13,677 bases of DNA from Promethearchaeota archaeon (GTDB lineage Archaea; Asgardarchaeota; Thorarchaeia; Thorarchaeales; Thorarchaeaceae). A program made the translations under genes and the position numbers. Where the stretch lies: NCBI GenBank assembly GCA_027031765.1, contig JALVPN010000103.1, positions 1 to 13,677 of the forward strand. Direction: 5' to 3'. This document shows, piece by piece, positions 1 to 6,874 of the stretch (its first letter is position 1; the number at the start of each line of letters is the position of its first letter). The notes under the pieces were generated by a model. That model saw only the letters and a list, made by a program, of their open reading frames with translations, made no database searches and had not been told where the DNA came from.

Positions 1-2168
1 GTTCGGTACGGTGTGGGTTCACCGGAGCCCTCCTGGGGACAGTGGGGACCTCATTGCTCCCTTCATGCACGTCGGCATTTAACCGACAAGGCATTTGGCT
101 ACCTTAAGAGACTCATAGTTAGTCCCGCCGTTAACCCGAGCTTAGGCCCCTTCCGGAGCTTTGACTGACGGGCACAGAGCAGGATTCAGCGAGTGTACAC
201 GCGGTTTCCCGTTCGCACTCACCTATGTTTGTATTAAACAGTTGGGCCCCCCTTGTTACTAAGACCTGGGAGAGCACCCGTGGGTACCAACCCAGGCACA
301 GCATATCCCGAAGTTACGCTGCTAATTGGCCGATTTCCCTCAGGAGGGGTGACTCCGATACACCTTGGCCTTCTCAGCCAGGGAACCTGTGTCAGTTCTG
401 GGTACGGACTCGGAGGATCCTTCCGGTCTCGCTTTTCAAGGTCACCAGGAATGGGCCGAACGGGTGTCCGACCACCCGCTATTCCACCTTTCGCCCGCCT
501 CTCACCATTACGGTACTCAGCGGGTTTATAGTGTTAAATGGAGCGGCGCTCCACTCGGCTTGTCCCGATGAGTCACAAGACCGGCTTAGCGTTGCCGCGT
601 AGCGTACCTCCGAGGTTCAGGAATATTAACCTGATTCCCTTTCGTGACGCTCGAGTTACGACGCCACTTAGGACCGACTAAGCTTCGGCTGACGACGCAT
701 CGCCGAAGAGCCCTTTCCCTTTCGGTGGCGTGGATTCTCACCACGCTTCGCTGTTACTACCGCCAGGATCATCAAACCCGGCCGGTCCACAGGAGTTCAC
801 ACCCCTGCTTCTCCCCAACCGGGTCGCTCCGCTACCGGATCACGCAGTGTTACCCGCGTGCCGTACGGTCTCGGTGGCCAGATTTAGCCCCGTCCATTTT
901 CAGGGCCGAGAGCCTCGGTCTGTGAGCTGTTACGCACTCGTTCGGGGATAGCTGCTTCTAGGCTCACCCCCAGACTGTCTTGGGCTCTCGACTCCCTTCT
1001 TCACCGCACTTATCTGGCACTTAGGGACCTTAACCGTACTCTCGGTTCTCCCCATCTCGGCCTGCCGGGCTTACCCCGGGCACCCGTCTCCTGCCGTCTA
1101 CGGTTCATGCAGCTTCGGAGTTTTCAGGATGGTGAAGGGCTTGTGGCCCCCCGCTCCAATCCGGAAGTGCTCTACACCACATGATACCTCAAGCAGGGCT
1201 TGGCTGCGACCAACTTCGCGGAGAACGAGCAATCACCAGTCTAGATAAGCCTTTTACCCCTACGCCCAGCTCAACGGAACGAGTTGCACGTCAGAACCCT
1301 TTCGGGCCTCCACCGAGCTTTCGCCCGGCTTCACCCTGGCCAGGCCTAGATCGACTGGCTTCTCGTGTCATGGGAGTGACTACGCGCGCTGTTCACACGC
1401 CGCCCCTCACCCTTGCGGGCTGCGGGCCTGTCGGTTCCCCTACGTTTACGGCTTGACGCCTTATCCTCGCCACGCCCATGAACTCCCTGGCCCGTGTTTC
1501 AAGACGGATGATGCTGACTCGATCCGCTCTGGTCCTAATACAGGATTGCTCCTGCCTCGTTCCCAGAGCATCTGCTCTTTTAGTCAGCATCCTTTGAGTA
1601 GACCAGTGGTTTCAGGTGCTTTGCACTCCGCTCCCGCGGTACTTTTCACCTTTCGCTCGCGCTACTAGTCTGCTATCGGTTTGGCTGAGTATTTAGGCTT
1701 GGCAGATTGTGACTGCCGGCTTCACGCGAGAAGACCAACCCGCGCTACTCGAGGACACACGGACATGCCCTTGCTTTACGCCTACGGGGGTATCACCCTC
1801 TACGCCACGTCGTTCCAGACGACTTCGGCTTAGGCAAGTCGGCAATAAGTCCGTGGCCTTCACACCACATCTCCCCCGACTCTTCGTCAAGGGATTCGGT
1901 TTGGCCTGTTCCGCTTTCGCTCGCTGTTACTCACGGAATCACTTTTGTTTTCTTTTCCTGCCCCTACTAAGATGCTTCAGTTCGGAGCGTTCCCCTTCGA
2001 GTTGCGACCCTCGAATCACACGGGGTATGGAGCCCGTGTGAGGAAGTCCCATTCGGGGATCTACGGATCAACAGCTTCATGCGCCTACCCGTAGCATATC
2101 GCTGCTCGTCACGCCCTTCATCGGCTAGCCAACCTAGGCATCCACCACTGGCCGTACAGCGAAACGCA
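1..2168 (-). rRNA. rrl: 23S ribosomal RNA, archaeal type; partial (3' part runs off the window start); 5' end approximate
   Basis: The reverse complement has universal LSU motifs in the correct order: GGTGGATGCC...GCCGATGAAGG (5' end), GAACTGAAGCATCTTAGTA, CCGATAGCAGACTAGTAGCGCGAGCGAAAGGTGAAAAG, CCGTCTTGAAACACGGGCCAGGGAG, GTCCGTACCCAGAACTGACACAGGT, and H69-H71 GGCGGGACTAACTATGAGTCTCTTAAGGTAGCCAAATGCC. The long H25 region and GTAGCCAAATGCC are archaeal/eukaryote-like. The 5' end was placed by analogy, ~22 nt before GGTGGATG at 2146. Confidence 0.98.
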
Positions 2169-2515
2169 GACCTACTCATGTGACCGGCACAGTATCACCC
2201 GTTGCTCGCGATGTGCGAGACTGATACCGGCTGATCAGTCCAAGGAGTCGCACACAACTATACAGTGTGTGTCGCCATCGTCCTCTGCAGTCCTGGCACA
2301 CGTCCCTTGGTGCACAGCACCGCATCGGGTCGCATCCCACAGACCGTCCCCCATCGGGAATGACGCCCTTCTCTCTGAGCAGTCGGCCCTGACGGGTGCC
2401 CATCTCCCGTCTGTCGACGCCCCGTCTGGTCCCGATGAGTCCCCACGGGGCCGGTGTGGGGAGCCTCCGGCTGGAGGTCTTTGGACAGCTTGCACACCTC
2501 ACGGGTGCGCGTCCC
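2169..2515 (-). other. 23S precursor 5' leader (external transcribed spacer), GC-rich and structured; probably contains the 5' strand of the processing stem
   Basis: Non-coding segment between a TATA box (2536-2542) and the 23S 5' end. Visible helices: CCTCC-GGCT-GGAGG (2464-2477), CACAC...GTGTG (~2251-2270), GTATCA/TGATAC enclosing TCTCGC...GCGAG (~2192-2227), and long-range 2238-2246 with 2478-2486. No tRNA T-loop and no 16S sequence seen. Confidence 0.7.
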
Positions 2516-2535
2516 GGCAGCCAGTTTGGCCCCGG

Positions 2536-2542
2536 TTTTAAA
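2536..2542 (-). promoter_or_regulatory. Archaeal TATA box (TTTAAAA) of the 23S rRNA promoter; possible extra upstream TATA-like sites near 2630-2637 and 2652-2659
   Basis: Minus strand reads gtaatgTTTAAAAccgggg, an AT-rich island in GC-rich DNA just upstream of the structured leader. TTTATT and CTTTATCT further upstream could be tandem promoters, as is common for archaeal rRNA genes. Confidence 0.65.
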
Positions 2543-2692
2543 CATTACTATGCGTCGAGGTTTGCCAGAACGGCTCCACGGCGACCTCCTGAAGCCGCCG
2601 AATAACACCGCCTCTACTCGACGAAAGCACAATAAAGAGGGCGCAATCTGAAGATAAAGCTTACGCAAGGCATCTGGCCATCATGACGCGGG

Positions 2693-3442
2693 TCACGGCC
2701 TGGACGGGGGGGCGGGTGGTGGGCATGTCCGATTGCGGTGAACCCCAAAACACTGGGCCTGTACGCTCACGAGTCTGGAGATGCCCCCTCTTGCGAAGTC
2801 CAGCATCTCGTCAAGGGTCGCCCGACTGAATGGGATGCCCTCAGCTGTACCCTGTATTTCCACGAACAGGTCGTCGAGCATGACCACATTCATGTCGACA
2901 TCAGCACGCACATCCTCCTCGTAACACAGGTCGAGCAAGACGACACCATCGACAACCCCGACACTCACCGCTGCGACATGTCCCCGGACAGGGAGTTCTC
3001 CCACCATGCCGTGGGACACGAGGTAGGAGAGGGCATCGTAGAGAGCGACAAAGCCGCCGGTGATGGACGCCGTCCTCGTGCCACCATCCGCCTGGATCAC
3101 GTCGCAGTCGACACGGACGGTGAACCCGTCCAGCTTGGTCAGGTCGACTGCGGCACGGAGGGAACGGCCGATGAGCCGCTGGATCTCATAGGTGCGCCCA
3201 CTGGTGGTGTGACGGTTGGTGCGCCCGCTGGTGGCACGCGGCAGCATCCCATACTCGGCAGTGACCCAGCCGCGCCCTTCACCGTTGAGCCATGCCGGGA
3301 CACCGGACTCCACGGTGGCGGTGCATATCACCTTTGTGTCGCCAGTGGATATCAGCACCGAGCCCTCGGGATACTTGAGATAGTTACGTACAATCCTCAC
3401 AGGTCTGAGCTCGTCGGGCTGTCGTCCGTCGTTCCTAATCAT
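2693..3442 (-). CDS. rph: Ribonuclease PH, bacterial type (phosphorolytic 3'-5' exoribonuclease), 249 aa
   Basis: Starting at ATG 3442 ([15 protein letters not shown]; GAGGT upstream), the protein has the Rph motifs [63 protein letters not shown] (phosphate site), [18 protein letters not shown] and [12 protein letters not shown]. The longer ORF-track start (3604) adds a low-complexity, non-homologous segment. Confidence 0.95.
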   Translation of the reverse strand: MIRNDGRQPDELRPVRIVRNYLKYPEGSVLISTGDTKVICTATVESGVPAWLNGEGRGWVTAEYGMLPRATSGRTNRHTTSGRTYEIQRLIGRSLRAAVDLTKLDGFTVRVDCDVIQADGGTRTASITGGFVALYDALSYLVSHGMVGELPVRGHVAAVSVGVVDGVVLLDLCYEEDVRADVDMNVVMLDDLFVEIQGTAEGIPFSRATLDEMLDFARGGISRLVSVQAQCFGVHRNRTCPPPAPPSRP

Positions 3443-3577
3443 ATCCGTAGACCTCTGACTGGCTGTTGGCATCCCAACTGTCCGGACAGGGCCTGACGAC
3501 CTTGCTGACGGTGTGGGCCATGCCGGACTAGGTGGAGTGCAGGGTGCGCCCGCTGGCACTGAGGATGGGCGGAGCAG

Positions 3578-3585
3578 TACTAAAA
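3578..3585 (-). promoter_or_regulatory. Possible TATA box (TTTTAGTA) for rph
   Basis: AT-rich TATA-like octamer in the divergent intergenic region, ~135 nt upstream of the rph ATG. Confidence 0.3.
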
Positions 3586-3702
3586 GATTGGGACTCTGAA
3601 GCAACTGGACGCACCGTGTGTAGGACTAATACTGACGCACACGGACGGGGTGTGTTGCCAGACCCGGCAGACCACTACAGCATGGCATGTCTGTGCCAGA
3701 TA

Positions 3703-3710
3703 TTTTTATT
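3703..3710 (+). promoter_or_regulatory. Putative TATA box (TTTTTATT) for the nucleotidyltransferase gene
   Basis: Most AT-rich stretch in the intergenic region, ~60 nt upstream of ATG 3772. Confidence 0.5.
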
Positions 3711-3771
3711 GAGAGAACCGGTAATGGGTGGACATAGTTTGCGATGAGTCACCATTCGGAGACTGGGCCCC

Positions 3772-4791
3772 ATGATGAGCATTAGAGAGCGGTTCAATGC
3801 AGCACTGAGAGATACGGTTGAGGAATGGAAACGAAAAGACAATGTGAAGGGCATCTTTGTGTTCGGGTCGTATATCACCGGCACACTGACTGTGAACTCG
3901 GATCTTGACATCGGGATTGTGTGGGATGCACAGGACGCACCAGTCCCACTACTCGCAGAACATGGTGGCGTCAGGATAGACATGCACTTCCTCACACCAA
4001 GGTCGATAACGGATGTGGTCGAGGGCAGTTGCACAGACGAGGGGCGTATCTCGGAGGTAATCGGACAGCTGAGAGCAGCGGAGATACTGTATGATAGAGA
4101 TGGTGACCTGAAGAAGTGGCGCGAACAGGCCGGGAGATATGTGTGGCCGGCAGAGGTGATACGAAACGTAAAGGCGCGCGCCCTTGCCATGCTGGACGGC
4201 GCAGAGGAGTTTGCCATGAGTGACGACATGGTCGCGGCGGTCCACGAGTCACGGCGGGGAATGTTTGAACTGGGAAAGGCAATTCTGATGATGAACAACA
4301 TCTTCAAGACAGTCAGGCCCGCAGAGATACTGTCTGAGGTCAGGCTGCTTGACCCAATTGCCTACTCGCTGTTCCTGAGAGCATTCAAACTGAAGGGCCT
4401 CGGGGAAGAAGAACTCTTGGAGATCCTTGCAGACATTGAACACTGGCTTGGCCAGACCGAGGAGCGGATTGGGGAGTTAGAGTGTGACGAACAGACGCTC
4501 CAGATGTTCAACCAGGCACAGAAGGACTATCATGGAGCAATGAACCTGACCTACGCTGGAGACTATGAGCTGGCGGTGCTGGAAATGCGGCGGGCAACCA
4601 ACTCAATTGGGAAGACTCTCCTGCGCGCAGGAGGAACAGTGATAGAAGAGGGGAGGTTCGTGCCGCAACTCCGAGAGCACGAGCCCGAGTACTACAAGAA
4701 CGTATTTGTCAGATATGGGGCGTTCGAAATCCAACCGAAGGGGGTCCAGCGCAACATCGGAGAGGCACGTTTCATCGCCCAACGACTGTGA
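3772..4791 (+). CDS. Pol-beta-superfamily (MNT-like) nucleotidyltransferase with two C-terminal HEPN-like helical domains, 339 aa
   Basis: The N-terminal GIFVFGSYITGTLTVNSDLDIGIV is the GS...DxD NTase motif, with a third acidic residue in RIDMHF. Two helical repeats follow (ARALAMLDGAEEF...DDMVAAVHESRRGMFELGKAIL and QAQKDYHGAMNLTYAGDYELAVLEMRRATNSIGKTLL) that resemble HEPN N-terminal helices. Confidence 0.85.
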   Translation: MMSIRERFNAALRDTVEEWKRKDNVKGIFVFGSYITGTLTVNSDLDIGIVWDAQDAPVPLLAEHGGVRIDMHFLTPRSITDVVEGSCTDEGRISEVIGQLRAAEILYDRDGDLKKWREQAGRYVWPAEVIRNVKARALAMLDGAEEFAMSDDMVAAVHESRRGMFELGKAILMMNNIFKTVRPAEILSEVRLLDPIAYSLFLRAFKLKGLGEEELLEILADIEHWLGQTEERIGELECDEQTLQMFNQAQKDYHGAMNLTYAGDYELAVLEMRRATNSIGKTLLRAGGTVIEEGRFVPQLREHEPEYYKNVFVRYGAFEIQPKGVQRNIGEARFIAQRL

Positions 4792-4909
4792 GCGGGAACG
4801 CCACATGCAGCACATGGTCATGCAGGGACGACATCGGAGAGGCACGTTTCATCGCCCAACGACTGTGAGCGGGAACGCCACATGCAGCACATGGTCATGC
4901 AGGGACGAC
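4754..4909 (+). repeat. Perfect 77-bp tandem duplication (4754-4830 = 4831-4907, plus 2 nt 'ac' of microhomology)
   Basis: ACATCGGAGAGGCACGTTTCATCGCCCAACGACTGTGAGCGGGAACGCCACATGCAGCACATGGTCATGCAGGGACG occurs twice back to back with no mismatch. It spans the NTase stop codon (4789-4791). Confidence 0.97.
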
Positions 4910-5063
4910 GTGAGAGGAGGAGAGGGCAGATAGCATGAGCAAGATGATATGCCAGATGAATTAGTGACCAGCGACTTGCAACCGTGCGGTGGTGGCCAAC
5001 AGGTGGGGCCACAGGGGTCAGATTGATTAGAGCTGTGTGCAACACATGCCCCCGGTGGTGGCA

Positions 5064-5750
5064 ATGCCAGAGCCAGCCCGTATTGTGAGGCTCCAGACGG
5101 TTGCGCTCACACGCGAGAAGCAGACACTCATAGAGAGAGAAATAGACACATATTGCCAGGCCACGAACTTTGCAATCAAGAATATTATGAGGAGGAGGAT
5201 TGCTGGAGCGGGCAGGGCCGTGCAGCTGCTCCGGGACGAGATTGCAAGACACTTCATCCTCAGGAGCGTGGCAACAGGGCAAGAAGGTGTGTCCGACGCA
5301 GAGCTGCGGGACAGGCTCGCGGAGCGGCTGGACCTGGACATCATCAAGAAACGGATGCACGAGAGGTTTGACAGCCCGGAGATGTGGCGAAGGGAGTTCG
5401 CGCTCAGGTACGAGCTGCAGTACGTGAAGGATGTGGTCAAGACGGCCAGAGTAGAGATTGGCCGGCATAGGAGGCTTGCAAAGACCATCCGTTCAATCCG
5501 GGACAGGCCCCCGCACTTCAAGCGAGGACGTATGATTGTTTCAGGAGTGATAGTCGAGGTGTCCCAGAGGGCGCTCCTCCCCCTCCTCACTGATGGGACG
5601 GTCTTGCCGCTCGTCTTCGACAGACGGAGCAGGAGCCGGGCACGGGGAGTACTTGAGAGGATTGACAGGGGCGAGCAGCCCTATGGGCGCGTCAGACTGA
5701 CGTGGAACAGGGCCGGCTATGTTGATATTGACATTAGACTTGAGTCATGA
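5064..5750 (+). CDS. TnpB/Cas12f-like protein with only the N-terminal WED/REC portion (no RuvC, no Zn finger), ~228 aa
   Basis: Likely start ATG 5064 after GGTGGTGG (ORF track starts at 5037). TnpB-like features: RIVRLQTVALTREKQTLIEREIDTYCQATNFAIK (beta strand, then 'eQ..L...Y..A.N' helix), QYVKDVVKTAR, PPHFKRGRMIV, and the WED-closing LPLVFDRR...LERIDRGEQPYGRVRLTWNRAGYVDIDIRLE. The ORF ends where RuvC-I would begin. Recognised by eye, not by HMM. Confidence 0.7.
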   Translation: MPEPARIVRLQTVALTREKQTLIEREIDTYCQATNFAIKNIMRRRIAGAGRAVQLLRDEIARHFILRSVATGQEGVSDAELRDRLAERLDLDIIKKRMHERFDSPEMWRREFALRYELQYVKDVVKTARVEIGRHRRLAKTIRSIRDRPPHFKRGRMIVSGVIVEVSQRALLPLLTDGTVLPLVFDRRSRSRARGVLERIDRGEQPYGRVRLTWNRAGYVDIDIRLES

Positions 5751-5924
5751 CCTACAGGGATGTACGGACAAGTGGTGTGCTGCCGGGACACAACTGGACC
5801 GTTCTTGGAGAGTTGGACGGCCGACGATGGGACGACATGGTGTGTAGTGCTGTAACTGACTGGACGGGGCTGCGACCAGACGGGGCGGGCTGCACCAGAT
5901 GCAGGCACAGGTGGACCAACAGGA

Positions 5925-6818
5925 CTATGAGGGCATCCACAGCGTCAGTGCACCAGCAAAGTCCGTGGTGAGGAAAGCCCCGACCCTTTGTGCCCAAGTT
6001 GCTGCTGTCACACCAGTGTCGAGGCTATGACGCTCAAGACATTTGAGGGGGCGTGTAGACCACAGGCAGACCGTGCGATCCCAGCCACCAGACAGCAGTA
6101 GTCTGCCGTCGTCGCTCAGTGCCAACGCGCTGAGGACACTGGCATGGGCCTGTTCCGAACCGGTCACATGCAGGGAGTCCGGGTCTGCTGTAAGGAGTCG
6201 ACCGTCCTGCAGACCGACGAACAGTACCGAGTCGGAGGGATCCAGGGCCATGGCGCGGATCCGCGAGCTGGCAACATGTGCTGTAGCAAGTGGGGCCAGC
6301 CTTTCAGTCTTCAGGGCTACAACGTTGCCACTCCAGGATGCAACGTACGAGTGTGACCCGCTGCGGGACATTGCCATGGCAGTCACACTGGTCTGATGTG
6401 ACACCACCACGGTCTCCATAGTGAACGGTTCAATATGCAACAGACCGGCAGAACCATCACGACACCCTACAATAGCGGACTTCCCGGCACTGTCAACTGA
6501 GAGTGCCTTGACATCACTGTCACACCGGAGTGTTCCCAAGGGTCTACCGGAGCTCACATCCCAGAGCCTGAGAGTCGCGTCCCACGCCCCTGATACGACC
6601 TGACTCCCCGCCCCTATGAATGCGACCGATGACGTAAGAGACTCATGGCCGTGAATTGCCCGCTGCGGGCGGCCGTTCTTGGCTGACACTATGATTATGC
6701 GGCCGTCAGCAGTGCCACATACAGCTCTATTGCCACGGGGGTGGACACTCACACAGGTAAGGGGGACAGGCGTTTCTCCATGTGGGTGGAATATCACAGC
6801 CTTGTCCACTGGACTCAC
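5925..6818 (-). CDS. Stand-alone WD40-repeat beta-propeller protein (~7 blades), 297 aa
   Basis: Canonical repeats GHESLTSSVAFIGAGSQVVSGAWDATLRLWD and AHASVLSALALSDDGRLLLSGGWDRTVCLW, with ~40-aa periodicity (G.aDG turns) throughout. GTG start. Confidence 0.92.
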   Translation of the reverse strand: MSPVDKAVIFHPHGETPVPLTCVSVHPRGNRAVCGTADGRIIIVSAKNGRPQRAIHGHESLTSSVAFIGAGSQVVSGAWDATLRLWDVSSGRPLGTLRCDSDVKALSVDSAGKSAIVGCRDGSAGLLHIEPFTMETVVVSHQTSVTAMAMSRSGSHSYVASWSGNVVALKTERLAPLATAHVASSRIRAMALDPSDSVLFVGLQDGRLLTADPDSLHVTGSEQAHASVLSALALSDDGRLLLSGGWDRTVCLWSTRPLKCLERHSLDTGVTAATWAQRVGAFLTTDFAGALTLWMPS

Positions 6819-6865
6819 CTAGCAAAGGACTGCAGAGCGTCCAGCCATCCAATGGATGCCGCCCC

Positions 6866-6872
6866 ATTAAAA
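6866..6872 (-). promoter_or_regulatory. Putative TATA box (TTTTAAT) for the WD40 gene, followed by the palindrome CATCC-N3-GGATG (6846-6858)
   Basis: AT-rich heptamer in the 56-nt gap between the M28 stop and the WD40 start, with a perfect 5-bp inverted repeat between it and the start codon. Confidence 0.4.
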
Positions 6873-6874
6873 CA

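Noticed and set aside
1340-1600. Possible rRNA intron, IVS or supersized expansion segment (H25/ES7 and H31/ES9 regions)
   Set aside because: Spacing between flanking conserved motifs looks like ordinary archaeal 23S, with no inserted ORF or large extra helix in the visible part.
225-2179. ORF-track ORFs inside the 23S gene (e.g. 225-602, 1709-2041)
   Set aside because: They lie within conserved rRNA and have no protein-like motifs.
562-2441. Identical 13-mer GTCCCGATGAGTC in the 23S (562-574) and its leader (2429-2441)
   Set aside because: Same orientation, so it is not an antisense pairing, and one or more 13-mer matches are expected by chance in a 13.7-kb GC-rich window.
2176-2668. ORFs or a tRNA/SRP/RNase P gene in the 23S upstream region
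   Set aside because: The translations are low-complexity with no family motifs, and no T-loop, SRP helix-8 or RNase P conserved regions are recognisable.
2738-3496. 252-aa plus-strand ORF, and similar long antisense ORFs (3675-4307, 4818-5468, 10252-10758, 11099-11563)
   Set aside because: They are antisense shadows of well-supported genes in GC-rich DNA and lack motifs.
4754-4909. CRISPR array or IS target-site duplication
   Set aside because: Only two abutting copies with no spacer; the unit is too long for a CRISPR repeat and no element lies between the copies.
5747-5971. Frameshifted RuvC continuation of the TnpB-like gene, or an intact IS200/IS605 element
   Set aside because: The downstream frames have no RuvC-I/II/III or CxxC Zn-finger pattern, and there is no Y1/serine transposase or terminal hairpin pair.
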